In this document: positions 48,501 to 57,510 of the stretch, piece after piece
Layout of the letters: each line of letters opens with the position of its first letter
Numbering within the stretch: position 1 is the stretch's first letter
NCBI GenBank assembly: GCA_965222605.1
Contig: OZ244960.1
Span: 160,001 to 224,000, forward strand
Length of the DNA: 64,000 nt
Origin: Candidatus Latescibacterota bacterium
GTDB taxonomy: Bacteria; Latescibacterota; UBA2968
Direction: 5' to 3'
The notes under the pieces: model-generated
Databases searched by the model: none
What the model was told of the DNA's origin: nothing
The model's input: only the letters and a program-made list of their open reading frames with translations
Program-made: the position numbers and the translations under genes

Positions 48501-48738
48501 CCATAAGTGTATATTCAGTTTCCGTTTCTATCAGTTGCGCCGTGGGGGTCGCATAGGGGCGCCTTCGGGGAAAATAAGAAACAGATCCAGGTGTATCGCG
48601 CAAAAAGGCTTCAAGCGTTGATGTACCTATTTGCGGACGCAAACCCGGCGCGGCAAACGCAATACTCGGGCAGAAAACTGCAAGAAAAAATAAAACACTG
48701 AGGCCGCGTGACCACAGGTGAGTGTGAATAAACTTCAT
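42559..48738 (-). CDS. sprA: Cell surface protein SprA homolog (T9SS translocon-like)
   Basis: 2059 aa with signal peptide; LQYKGDED.II..IEAGN.SL.LP, GLFGIK, AYIDDFEG, EDIGLDG, DTEDLNGN, IWIDELRV; terminal beta strand. Confidence 0.88.
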   Translation of the reverse strand: MKFIHTHLWSRGLSVLFFLAVFCPSIAFAAPGLRPQIGTSTLEAFLRDTPGSVSYFPRRRPYATPTAQLIETETEYTLMVFRDLGGAPYGLPVIISLSDFMRYVFHHDAHRLALERLGGKMDYDREGEGMIDVKIPIRVPQRLSAITGEGDANLTIRGRRRIELSGLSQYTLGQAQAALTRTSRFPTINFDQEAQLTVEGTIGDRIMVSLEQNSEQSFDLTEGLRLQYKGDEDGIIETIEAGNTSLALPGTRLIGFSGGNRGGLFGIKTRGRVGAINFTVVTSQDKSSSDRKTFTGQGEESSNEIPDYRYVENTYFFLDNTYRENFRNGLFPAPGDRVNEQSVRVFTNDYNAQNDLEDSAISGVAYLVWNNGSPDEAASRGFDKGVEEGTFHELDPSEFTPLPEGYLIHDRGSISRGYTLAVAYQTASGENFGDIQFIPDPGNPDKKIQLKLIKARQQRPTDPTWRLAWRNVYRLGGRNIDSNGLFVGIFRNVPGENPQDNQEGRSYLEIFGLDRHTNGSSESSPPDRLIDIGSGYDLPGLNLARGHLVFPFLEPFGEEGLGAPDLEVRVPGIYNETNTANRTEAGRYVLRVRSTSQSTEFNLGFLGLVENSEVVRLNNRTLKRDEDYTIIYQTGRLKFIGEAENEVSDPTSDLDISYQTKDQFGFGQSKSLLGVRLERPFDDQYSLIGMTLLYGTQSTASPRVRIGQEPTRTILWDANARFRMQPKLLSDLVNSIPLVNTQAPSSIDMDFEIAQSLPNPNTKNVAYIDDFEGALNSTAFAIGKIGWNRASVPIRNNRTLTLPQGRLTWYNPIDRDRASLSRIQPTRDDISAEQDIVDILKLRFDPARSNGFPIRSQNNENGIPQQSWAGLMRYVNGLDLSRSKFLELWIRGNDGHLHIDLGDVSERVRLPLDHPMYNDPSDRERFPSGFRTEDKPIGGLPTGDDIVIDEEDIGLDGLTGAEETEIFRKIFPGVTVPNDPSGDNFEDVDQNTTDILRRYPSGLNGTEGNRAERQSRPDTEDLNGNGFLDQRESFIRYSVDLSSNRGLSSASGTFTGPSTLVPGTESDLFPELGGITDPPWRLLRIPLKGQDAPRIFEGSPDTSFARLDFVRVWLEHNDTTSVEIYTFSATGSEWQEDPVAFGQSSGDFQVSTIGTNNSFYESPPGLDREIDPTTGIRLSENSLVLEFVDLYPGESISASRNFANGENYTEYGVMTLFLHGGNPADPTYNTNFSDAADSLSAGPSPIEFFMRFAPINDDSLNFYEYRSRVYRGWAEETNTVRLDLEIMSQLKGQLLDLQSIEQASDTVSVSLRRGDFLAHYDKEGNRIEIDVDGRTYIVRGNPALSSIRAFTMGIRNRGDEILMGESEIWIDELRVDEIRKKPALSALANTRITLADLGNLTVNLERRSGDFQDLQGRASGTTTTRFNFDSQLNIDKFFPKEWNTSMPVRFSYNRFTSSPRIRPGSDIVLTPEQKINESDVRSQTRFTISLRKRPAREDPSLLSRILFDKASTSLNYSSDASTTGAITQRRQSQNQNLNGNMTYNQAWSQREAIAIFKWLPFYKPLKEAQFFYLPTSINYNLRFNRGVSDQTSFRAIAGDTSNVIDTVRETFNLTESYAIKLSPFRSLNADYSLTINRDLRNGYALTQLQFGREVSRNQSLNFRFAPRISSWITVNPSYSATYTDRFEIGGNRVQYGSIRRGLTVNSQQTANARVNLNLPGLFQRWTRKSGKDGFSILQWIGKVGGRLQNVTSSVSQNKSNNLFGLTARPSLAYQFGFQDTVQVPIVVASTGTRTNAVNVRRQAQVSSGIRLPLGLNFNTSANYSENERTGNTLGKDDQVVFPKFDASWRGLERVPLIGWFWVSSNASFGYQESRNRRGDGSLSLSPLYLTSDATEISYNPLFQWSARWKGDVNTTFSRRQSRNDEIRYQRNVTVDTTSVQPTLADRLIGTTLTENGTLQADMRYSLRGKFQRTLDLTLSFSRNLNTQTEIPRSAEPDVPAEPIIRQNSTSWSVSLGTQYAFSSRFTGGTTFRHERRKDELRELTNVTWDFRFWGEIGFQ

Positions 48739-48947
48739 AAGGGGTTTGAGAAACAGTAGGAAAGTTGTATTAAGGAGCGGGTGATAGGTCGTTGAATAAT
48801 AGCATAAGCTACATGAAAGTCAAGGCAAAATCCGAGGAAATTGGTGGGAGCTAAAAATTGGAAAGCGCGTCTTTTTCTCAGAGCTAAAAAGTCGTATATT
48901 CGGTTGTATTTACAAAGTTGAACTCATTTTTTTTAAAAAGGTTCCCC

Positions 48948-50222
48948 ATGCGCTTGCGTCGGTATGTGCTATCCGAACTGATAATGCCATTTTTATTTAG
49001 TTTTTCCGTGATCATCTTTCTTCTGGTCATCGATCTCATTTTGCAAATGCTCGATCGCATTCTGGGAAAAGGCTTGCCCATAAGTGTGGTTTTTGAGTTA
49101 TTTTTTTTTAATACGGCCTGGATGATTGCCCTCGCTGTTCCGATGGCTGTGCTGGTCAGTACCCTGCTGGCATTTGGCCGTTTAAGTGCCGCGGGCGAAA
49201 TTGTGGCCATGCGAGCATTGGGCATTGGAATTCACCAGGTTGTAGGGCCGGTACTGCTCGTTGCCGCACTGCTGGGAATTGGGCTGGTGATTTTTAATGA
49301 TCGCGTTTTGCCCGAATTTAATCACCGCGCCCGCGTGTTGATGACAGACATTCACCGCAAACGCCCCGCGGTCGCACTGGCCGACAAGGCCGGTGTGATG
49401 ATTGGCGATTTCAAAAATTATCAGATTTTGTTTGATCGCGCCGATGCAGGCGGTAATATCCTTTACGATTTGCTGGTATATAGCTTTAATAGCGATGGGT
49501 TTCCCGAAACAGCAGTTGCCGATTCGGGCGTTGTCGAATTTGACGAAGCGCGAGACGAGGCCCTGCTCTATCTTTTTAATGGGGAAATGCACCGCATTGA
49601 TCCAGACGATCCCACAGTCTATGCGCTCACGACATTTGCCAAAGCCAGATTGTGGCTCGGAGATGCGGGCCATCAGTTGTCGCGGTCTTCATCGGCGTAT
49701 CGCAATGATCGAGAAATGGATATAGCCACCATGCGGCACCAAATTGCACAATACGAAAGCGAATTGCATCAGGCAAAGGTCAAAAGAGCAAATCTCCTGA
49801 ATGCTTTTGTACGCGAGGTCTTAATAGATTCCGCAGATACAAAACCCGTGCAGTCGTTGCGCGCTGTATTGGGGCGCATAGCAGCCGATACGCGGATTGC
49901 ACACCATAAGTTGAGAGCCGCAGACCGATTGCGTGTGGAAGTACACAAGAAATTTTCAATCCCCGCGGCCTGTGTGGCATTTGTGCTGGTGGGCGCGCCT
50001 CTCGGCGTGTGGGCGCGCAGCAGCAGTGCGGCAATTGGCGCAGCGATTAGCATTGGCTTTTTTTTGGTATGGTGGATTTTTCTTATCGGCGGTGAAAAAT
50101 TGGCCGACCGAGGTGTGCTCATGCCCTGGTTGGCGATGTGGATGCCCAATCTATTGACCGCTCTCGTCGGCGCTGTTCTATCTGCGCGGATTATCTGCGA
50201 GTGGGGCGTAAAAAGGAGATAG
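48948..50222 (+). CDS. lptF: LptF/LptG family permease (LptF-like)
   Basis: RYVL.E, PMAVLVSTLLAFGRLS..GEIVAMRALG, EVHKKFSIP, WMPN. Confidence 0.85.
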   Translation: MRLRRYVLSELIMPFLFSFSVIIFLLVIDLILQMLDRILGKGLPISVVFELFFFNTAWMIALAVPMAVLVSTLLAFGRLSAAGEIVAMRALGIGIHQVVGPVLLVAALLGIGLVIFNDRVLPEFNHRARVLMTDIHRKRPAVALADKAGVMIGDFKNYQILFDRADAGGNILYDLLVYSFNSDGFPETAVADSGVVEFDEARDEALLYLFNGEMHRIDPDDPTVYALTTFAKARLWLGDAGHQLSRSSSAYRNDREMDIATMRHQIAQYESELHQAKVKRANLLNAFVREVLIDSADTKPVQSLRAVLGRIAADTRIAHHKLRAADRLRVEVHKKFSIPAACVAFVLVGAPLGVWARSSSAAIGAAISIGFFLVWWIFLIGGEKLADRGVLMPWLAMWMPNLLTALVGAVLSARIICEWGVKRR

Positions 50223-50224
50223 CT

Positions 50225-51295
50225 GTGCGTATTTTGAGCCGCTATGTCGTCATCCAATTTGCAATGCCCTTTGGCGTCAGTTTGCTGGCTTTTGCCGTTG
50301 TTTTTGTCGTAATTGATCTGGTGGATCGCCTCAGCGCGTTCATAGACCGGGAAGTCGGCCTGGAAACAATTATATCTTATTATTTTTGCTATTTGCCCTA
50401 TATTGTCGTCCTCGTGCTTCCAATGGCAGTCTTGCTCGCGGGGTTGTTCTGCATGGGCGGGCTGATACAGCGCGGAGAATTGCTGGCAATGAAAAGTGCC
50501 GGCATCAGTCTTTATCAAGTCGTAATTCCATTGCAAATGCTGGCCCTTGGAATCAGTATTTTGGCCGCTGCGATGGCCGATCAAGTCGTGCCGCGAGCAA
50601 ATCGGGCGCGATCGAAAATCGAACAACCGCGCCAATCGGCAATAGGGCCTCAGTCCATCCGCGTGCAGATCGCGTTACGAGATACGGGCAGGCGCGTTTT
50701 GTCAATGAGGGAATACGACGCCACGGCCATGAAAGGGCGGCAGGTGATACTCGACAAATATGAAGGCGGGTCGCTCACAGAGCGCGTTCGCGCCGAAGAA
50801 GCAGTTTGGGCTACCGCAGAATGGCATTTTATGAACGGAGATCGGCGCGTATTTTCAGATGGAAAAGAATTTTATCGCGCATTTCGCGTGTGGGCGGCGA
50901 AAGATGTGACCCTGACGCCCGAAGATCTCGTACGCGATGTCGTGCCCGAAGATCAGATGACGTATTCGGAACTGACGAATTTTATCCATCGCAAATCGCG
51001 CAACGGCAGCCAGACGTTTCGAGAATCTGTGGCGCGTCACATGCGGTTGGCCTTTCCATTTGCGAACTTCGTTATCGCCCTCTTTGGCCTGCCTCTGGCC
51101 TCTCGTATGCGGCGAACGGGACGCCCCATTCAAATTGGCATGTGCTTGCTCATCTGTTTTGCCTTTTACGGATGTATCCAACTCGGGCGCGCCATGGGTT
51201 GGAACGATGTGCTATCCCCCGCCTGGGGCGCGTGGGGGGCAAATGCGATCTTTGGCACGATTGGGATTATCACGCTCCTCACAACGCGCAAATAG
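50225..51295 (+). CDS. lptG: LptF/LptG family permease (LptG-like)
   Basis: GTG start RILSRYV; LPMAVLLA, GELLAMKSAGIS, RLAFPF. Confidence 0.85.
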   Translation: MRILSRYVVIQFAMPFGVSLLAFAVVFVVIDLVDRLSAFIDREVGLETIISYYFCYLPYIVVLVLPMAVLLAGLFCMGGLIQRGELLAMKSAGISLYQVVIPLQMLALGISILAAAMADQVVPRANRARSKIEQPRQSAIGPQSIRVQIALRDTGRRVLSMREYDATAMKGRQVILDKYEGGSLTERVRAEEAVWATAEWHFMNGDRRVFSDGKEFYRAFRVWAAKDVTLTPEDLVRDVVPEDQMTYSELTNFIHRKSRNGSQTFRESVARHMRLAFPFANFVIALFGLPLASRMRRTGRPIQIGMCLLICFAFYGCIQLGRAMGWNDVLSPAWGAWGANAIFGTIGIITLLTTRK

Positions 51296-51356
51296 GGCCA
51301 GGGGGTGGGGGCTGGGGGTAATCCTGTACATCCTTTAATCCTGGAAATCCCGATCC

Positions 51357-52814
51357 ATGTCTGAAAAATACAATATTCTCCTGATGATCTCCGATCAGCA
51401 CAGCAAATATCACATTGGTGCTTATGGAGATCCCCTCGTACGCACGCCCCATCTCGACGGTCTGTCAGAAAGCGGTATGCACTTCACCAGCGCATATTGC
51501 GCCTCACCCGTTTGCGTGCCCAGTCGCATGTCATTTATGACGTGTCGCACACCTTCGTCCAATCGCGTGTGGAACAACAATCATTTGCTGCACTCGGGCA
51601 TTCCCACCTGGGCACATGCCATGGGACTGGCCGGGTATGAAACATCGCTTATTGGACGGATGCACTTCAACGGACACGACCAGCGACACGGCTTTGAAAA
51701 TCGGCCCTTAGGTGAATACGGCGCCATACATCCAGGCGCAAACAGGCAGGGCGCGCCCCTCTTCAAAAGTATTTCAACGGCAACCACTGGACAAAATCGC
51801 ACAGCCGTCGAAATTGCCGGACGGGGATATGGCTCGTACCACGTTTTTGACGAAATGGTCGCGGAAAGAACCAGCGCGTATCTGCGCGACAAATCGCAAA
51901 ATCCAGGCAACCGCCCCTTTGCTGCGGTGGCGGGATTCCTTTTGCCTCACTGTCCCTTTATCGCGCACAAAGAGCTTTTTGATTATTACTACGACCGCGT
52001 CGATATTCCCCAACACACGCCCAATGAACCCGGGCCTATTCGCAAATTCAAACAGCTTCGCGGCCTTTATCCCCCCCTCGACGAAGAACGCATTCGCGTT
52101 GCCCGCGCCGCTTATTTTGGCATGTGCGAATATCTGGATCTGCAAATTGGGCGCATCCTTCAGACCCTGCGAGAAACGGGTCTCGATCGCAACACGCTGG
52201 TTATTTATTGCTCGGACCACGGCGAAATGGCCGGGGAACACGGCTGCTGGTGGAAAAGCAGTTATTACGAAGGGTCTGTCGGCGTCCCCCTCATCGCAAG
52301 CCTCCCCGGCGTGATTGCACCAAATGCGGAAAGCAACCAGATATGTAATCTGATGGACATTGGCCCAACCCTGCTCGACATGGCAGGTGGAAATCCCATG
52401 CCAGACATTCACGGACACTCGCTCTGGCCGCTGCTTGCGGGACGAGATGCAGGCGACCATCCCAACGAAACATTTAGTGAACACCTGGGGCAAGAAGGCA
52501 TACCCTCGCGCATGATTCGGACCGGTCCATGGAAATGTTACACATACTACGACGATACCGCGCCCGTCCTTTACAACCTCGAAGACGATCCAGATGAAAT
52601 GCACAATCTGGGCAGCGATCCCAATTATGAACACATCCGCAACCACCTCGTATCCCGCATTTTTGAAAACTGGGATCCCGAGTATGTACTCAGAGAAAGC
52701 GCGGATATTAACCGCGATATACGCCTGCTCACCCGCTGGGGACAAGCCATTCAACCCACCCTACCCGACAGCGTCCCTGTGTCCGATGATGCCGAAGATA
52801 TTGAATGTCGATGA
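51357..52814 (+). CDS. Sulfatase (choline-sulfatase-like)
   Basis: NILLMISDQH, CVPSR, SDHGEM, LYNLEDDPDE. Confidence 0.93.
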   Translation: MSEKYNILLMISDQHSKYHIGAYGDPLVRTPHLDGLSESGMHFTSAYCASPVCVPSRMSFMTCRTPSSNRVWNNNHLLHSGIPTWAHAMGLAGYETSLIGRMHFNGHDQRHGFENRPLGEYGAIHPGANRQGAPLFKSISTATTGQNRTAVEIAGRGYGSYHVFDEMVAERTSAYLRDKSQNPGNRPFAAVAGFLLPHCPFIAHKELFDYYYDRVDIPQHTPNEPGPIRKFKQLRGLYPPLDEERIRVARAAYFGMCEYLDLQIGRILQTLRETGLDRNTLVIYCSDHGEMAGEHGCWWKSSYYEGSVGVPLIASLPGVIAPNAESNQICNLMDIGPTLLDMAGGNPMPDIHGHSLWPLLAGRDAGDHPNETFSEHLGQEGIPSRMIRTGPWKCYTYYDDTAPVLYNLEDDPDEMHNLGSDPNYEHIRNHLVSRIFENWDPEYVLRESADINRDIRLLTRWGQAIQPTLPDSVPVSDDAEDIECR

Positions 52815-52838
52815 ACTGAAAATTAAGGATTGGGTACT

Positions 52839-52913
52839 GGGGATGGCACAGGGGCCTTCTCCTACAACAGATGGATATTCAGTCGCCCCGCTAACCGCTA
52901 ACCGCTAATCGCT
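52839..52913. repeat. REP-like hairpin plus (CCGCTAA)n heptamer repeat
   Basis: Minus strand GTAGGAGAAGGCCCCTGTGCCATCCCC; CCGCTAA x3 from 52888. Confidence 0.55.
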
Positions 52914-53050
52914 TGTGTTTTTAAGTGACAAATGGTTCTTTTTTGCTTTACTTAAACACTCCGAAATTATCCGTTATCGCATTATACCACCTTTTGACTG
53001 AACAGTTCTGCGAGATGTCTCGGTCACTATTTTTAGAAAGGGCATATTTT

Positions 53051-55858
53051 ATGCAACTCAAGTTTTTAATCCCAACCATATTTGTCATTGTCATCGGGTT
53101 TGGGTGGTTATCATCCTATTATACCGACTGGCTGTGGTTCTCGAGTCTCAATTTTCAGGATGTATTCTGGACCACCCTGAAAGCGCGTTTCCTATCCGGC
53201 ATATTTTATGGTCTGATTGCCGCTTTAGTCATTGGTATCAACCTCTATTATGTCGGTCGCTTCACCCGCTCCGCGCTTGAAACAGACGCCTCACTTTACG
53301 ATGGTGAAATGCCCGGCGCAAGCCTGTTGCGCTCAAATACTGGCTATTTGTTAATCGCCGCAGTCCTCGTCCTCATTATGGGCAATGTCGGGTCCTCACA
53401 ATGGCCTACCCTATTGCGTTACTGGTATGGCGAATCATTTGGCACTTCCGATCCCATTTTTGGGCGTGACGTTGGATTTTATGTCTTTACTCTGCCCTTT
53501 TACCAGTTTACAGTCGGTTTTCTCATCGGTACAGTAATCGTATCAGCCCTGGCATCAGGGGTTATTTATATGGCCACAGGCGGTATTCGCTTGCAGGAAC
53601 GCATTCAACTCATGCCGCGTCCCGTCGCACACCTGTCTGTCCTTGCCGGGCTATTCTTGCTATTTTCAGCCATCAATTATTACCTCAAAATCTACGGCCT
53701 ACTCTATTCTCAGGGCAATGTCGCTTTCGGTGCGGGATTTGTCGATGTCAACGTTCAACGCTGGATATATTGGCTCCTCATCATTGCCTTTGTCGCAACG
53801 GGCATCATGCTCTTGCGAAATATCAGAACACGTGAAGCACGCCCGCTTCTCATCGGTGTTGGCGTCTTTCTCGTTGGAACCATCGGGCTGGGCAGTATTC
53901 CAGGTGTAATTGTGCAAAAACTCATCGTAGATCCCACCGAACTCCAGCGCGAAGGCCCCTACATCGAGAATAATATCGAATTTACGCGAAAAGCTTACGC
54001 GCTCGACAGGATTGTGGAACAACCCTTTGAAGCATCTGAGAACCTCACCGCAGCAGACATTGCCGCCAATCCTTTGACCATTCGCAACATCCGCATCTGG
54101 GATGAGCGCCCAATGGTGCAAACCTATCAGCAAATTCAGGAAATTCGTCCCTATTATGTCTTTCCCGGCATTGATGTTGACCGCTACACCGTTGACGGCG
54201 TGTATCGACAGGTGATGCTCTCGGGGCGCGAACTCGACACCAACCGCCTGCCTGCTCAGGCGCGCAACTGGGTCAATGAAACCCTGCAATATACACACGG
54301 ATATGGCGTTGCCATGAGCCCGGTTACGCACGTCACTCCCGAGGGCTTGCCCGCGTTTATGATCAAAGATATACCCCCGGTATCCGACGCGGCAGAGCTA
54401 CAAATTTCCCGTCCGGAAATCTACTATGGCGAACGCACCTACGGCAACGTAGTCGTCAAAACCAGCGCCGATGAATTTGACTATCCCCGGCGCGATGGCA
54501 ATGCATTTACCTCCTACGAGGGCAATGGCGGAGTGCCCATGGGGAGTTTCATCAACCGCCTGGCATTTACCATTCGCATGATGGATCCCAATTTGCTCTT
54601 GAGTAGCTACATCCTATCTGAGAGCAAAATTATGTACCATCGGCAGATCGCTCAGCGCGCACGCGAGATCGCGCCCTTCCTCTTCTACGACTCCGATCCC
54701 TATCTCGTTATCTCCGAAGGCCGTCTGTACTGGATCTTAGATGCGTACACAACCACCAACATGTATCCCTATTCCAAACGCATGGGACGGTCACAGATCA
54801 ACTACATCCGCAATGCGGTCAAGGTCGTTATGGATGCCTATCACGGTTCTGTTACCTTTTATCAAGCCGAATATGAACCCATAATTGCCGCTTATGCCGC
54901 GATGTTCCCCACCCTGTTCAAATCGCTTGATACCATGCCTGCTGATTTGCGCGCCCATGTGCGGTATCCCGTTGACCTCTTCCGCATTCAAGCAACGATG
55001 TATCGCGAATATCACATGCAGGAAGCACTGGTGTTTTACAACCAGGAAGACCTGTGGGAAATTCCAAATGAAATCTACGGCCAAAACGACCGTACACAGC
55101 CTATGGAACCGTATTATATCATCGTCAAATTGCCCGGCGAACAACGCGAAGAGTTTCTCCTGCTCGTGCCCTTCACACCCGCCAAAAAGGACAACATGAT
55201 CGGTTGGCTGGCCGCCCGATGCGACGGAGAAAACTACGGCGACTTGCTGGTCTATACCTTGCCCAAGGAAAAACTCATCTTTGGCCCTATGCAACTCGAG
55301 GCCCGCATCGATCAGCAGCCAGATATATCGAGTCAACTCACCCTGTGGGGACAAGGCGGCTCCGAAGTCATTCGCGGAAATCTTTTGGCTGTGCCCATCG
55401 AATCATCTTTCCTATACGTTGAACCCATCTACCTTCAAGCCCGCCAGGAATCCGAGCAATTCCAACAACAGGGCTTTGAGGGCGAAGGCGGTGGGCAGCC
55501 TCAGCAAGGACAACCACCGCGTCAACTCCAGCACAGCACGGCCATCCCCGAACTCAAGCAAGTAATCGTCGCCTTTGGTGGGCAGGTCATCATGCGCGAT
55601 ACATTTGAAGAGGCTCTCAACGAACTGTTTGGCTCCGCCGCGGGGAAAACCCTGGAATCCTCAAGTTCCAAAGAAACACCCGCGACAACATCAGAACAAC
55701 CCACTGAACGCACCGCAGCAGCGTTGGTCTCAGAAGCAGATATGCAATTCCAGCGCGTGCGGGAATCGCTTCAAAAGTGGGATTGGACAACCGCGGGCGA
55801 AGCGATGAAACAGTTGGAACAATCGATTCTCGAATTAAAAAAGACACTGGAGAAATAA
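53051..55858 (+). CDS. UPF0182 family membrane protein
   Basis: YTDWLWF, DPIFGRDVGFYVFTLP, NIRIWD, YTHGYG, PEIYYGE, YIRNAVK, RGNLL. Confidence 0.93.
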   Translation: MQLKFLIPTIFVIVIGFGWLSSYYTDWLWFSSLNFQDVFWTTLKARFLSGIFYGLIAALVIGINLYYVGRFTRSALETDASLYDGEMPGASLLRSNTGYLLIAAVLVLIMGNVGSSQWPTLLRYWYGESFGTSDPIFGRDVGFYVFTLPFYQFTVGFLIGTVIVSALASGVIYMATGGIRLQERIQLMPRPVAHLSVLAGLFLLFSAINYYLKIYGLLYSQGNVAFGAGFVDVNVQRWIYWLLIIAFVATGIMLLRNIRTREARPLLIGVGVFLVGTIGLGSIPGVIVQKLIVDPTELQREGPYIENNIEFTRKAYALDRIVEQPFEASENLTAADIAANPLTIRNIRIWDERPMVQTYQQIQEIRPYYVFPGIDVDRYTVDGVYRQVMLSGRELDTNRLPAQARNWVNETLQYTHGYGVAMSPVTHVTPEGLPAFMIKDIPPVSDAAELQISRPEIYYGERTYGNVVVKTSADEFDYPRRDGNAFTSYEGNGGVPMGSFINRLAFTIRMMDPNLLLSSYILSESKIMYHRQIAQRAREIAPFLFYDSDPYLVISEGRLYWILDAYTTTNMYPYSKRMGRSQINYIRNAVKVVMDAYHGSVTFYQAEYEPIIAAYAAMFPTLFKSLDTMPADLRAHVRYPVDLFRIQATMYREYHMQEALVFYNQEDLWEIPNEIYGQNDRTQPMEPYYIIVKLPGEQREEFLLLVPFTPAKKDNMIGWLAARCDGENYGDLLVYTLPKEKLIFGPMQLEARIDQQPDISSQLTLWGQGGSEVIRGNLLAVPIESSFLYVEPIYLQARQESEQFQQQGFEGEGGGQPQQGQPPRQLQHSTAIPELKQVIVAFGGQVIMRDTFEEALNELFGSAAGKTLESSSSKETPATTSEQPTERTAAALVSEADMQFQRVRESLQKWDWTTAGEAMKQLEQSILELKKTLEK

Positions 55859-55947
55859 TCGCTCCACCCATTTTCCCAGTTCAAACATGGATAGACGGGA
55901 TTATTCTGTCTATCCATAGTTTTTTAGAACTTCACAGAAAGGAAAAA

Positions 55948-56925
55948 ATGGCTGTAAAAGTCGGATTTATCGGAACTGGCGGCATTTCACGCCCCCACCG
56001 GAAACATCTCAAAAATATGGATGACGTAGAAGTGGTGGCAATGTGCGATCTCGAAAAAGACCGCGTCGCAGAAGCCGCCGAAGAATGGAATGCAGCTGTC
56101 TATACAGATTACAAAACAATGCTCGAAAACGAAGAAATGGACGCGCTATATGTGTGCATTCCGCCCTTTGCACACGAAGAGCAGGAAATCATAGCCGCCG
56201 AAAAAGGCATTGCCCTCTTCGTAGAAAAACCCGTGTCTGTCACAATGGAAAAAGCCCGCGAAGTCGATGCAGCTATTCGGAAAAACAACGTCGTATCGTG
56301 CGTTGGCTTTCAAGGGCGATATTTAGACATTATTGTACAGACAAAAGACCTGCTCAAAGATCGTCCCGTTGGTATGGCAATGGGATACTGGATGGGCGGG
56401 ATGCCACAAGTGCCCTGGTGGCGGCGCAAAGAAATGTCGGGCGGACAGGCCGTTGAGCAAACCATTCACGTCACCGATATGGCGCGCTATCTCTTTGGCG
56501 ACGTAAAATCCGTCTATGCGGCTGGGCGCACGGGTTTGATGACCGATGTGCCCGACTACAACATCGAAGACAGCAGCGCAGCCACGCTCGTTTTTAAAAA
56601 TGGTCTGGCCGCCACTATCTTCTCAGCGTGTTTTCTGTCCGGAGGACGCGGCAAAGGCGGCATTGACATCTTCACCAAAGACATGAACATCGAATACCGC
56701 GAGCGCAAATCCATCACCATCATTCAAGGTGGCAATTCAGAACTGGTCGAGGTGCAAAACGATTTCTGGCAAGATATGGACAATGACTTTATAGATGCCG
56801 TGCGAAAAGGCGACGACTCCGCACTCAAAACCACGTACGCCGATGCCGTCAAAACGCAGGAAGTCGTCATGGCCGTAAACCGCTCAATAGAAACGGGCGA
56901 AGTGGTTCAGATATCGGATATGTAA
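55948..56925 (+). CDS. Gfo/Idh/MocA oxidoreductase
   Basis: VGFIGTGGI, FVEKP, SGGQAVEQTIH. Confidence 0.93.
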   Translation: MAVKVGFIGTGGISRPHRKHLKNMDDVEVVAMCDLEKDRVAEAAEEWNAAVYTDYKTMLENEEMDALYVCIPPFAHEEQEIIAAEKGIALFVEKPVSVTMEKAREVDAAIRKNNVVSCVGFQGRYLDIIVQTKDLLKDRPVGMAMGYWMGGMPQVPWWRRKEMSGGQAVEQTIHVTDMARYLFGDVKSVYAAGRTGLMTDVPDYNIEDSSAATLVFKNGLAATIFSACFLSGGRGKGGIDIFTKDMNIEYRERKSITIIQGGNSELVEVQNDFWQDMDNDFIDAVRKGDDSALKTTYADAVKTQEVVMAVNRSIETGEVVQISDM

Positions 56926-56949
56926 AAAAGAACGGGAAGGAGGATCACA

Positions 56950-57510
56950 ATGGCAGACATATCTTTCGAAGATTTTGTGGACCAACAGGTAGCCGAGGCC
57001 GAGCAAGCACAGTCAATGGACTGGCCCCAAAGACGCGAAGATTGGATAAACCATCTTAATAAATTCTACGAGTTGGCTCTGGGATTTCTTGAGAAATATA
57101 TCGAAGAAGAGAAAATACATATCAGATGGGCCACAAAGCGCATCAATGAGGACTTTATTGGTAACTATGATGTGAAGTCACTTGAAGTGTCGATTGGTGC
57201 TGTTATCACAATCCATTTCGATCCCATCGGTACCAATCTGATTGGTGCTAAAGGTCGTGTAGATATGCATGGGCCACACGGCACTGTCAGATTCGTTCTC
57301 GTTCCGAAAACAGATTCTTCTCCCTCGCCCGTCACCATTCAGGATGAGCCAAAACCTCAGGCAATGGAATTAAAAACGTTGAAAGAGACTTCGGACATCA
57401 AATACGAAGACTGTGTATGGAAAATATCGACCAGGCCTCCAAACATCAAGTACATCGAACTTGAAGAGGAGTCCTTCCTCTCCGCGGTCATGGAAGTCGC
57501 AAATGCCTAA
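56950..57510 (+). CDS. Hypothetical protein
   Basis: Strong RBS AGGAGG; 186 aa; PIGTNLIGAKGRVD motif; overlaps the next gene. Confidence 0.75.
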   Translation: MADISFEDFVDQQVAEAEQAQSMDWPQRREDWINHLNKFYELALGFLEKYIEEEKIHIRWATKRINEDFIGNYDVKSLEVSIGAVITIHFDPIGTNLIGAKGRVDMHGPHGTVRFVLVPKTDSSPSPVTIQDEPKPQAMELKTLKETSDIKYEDCVWKISTRPPNIKYIELEEESFLSAVMEVANA

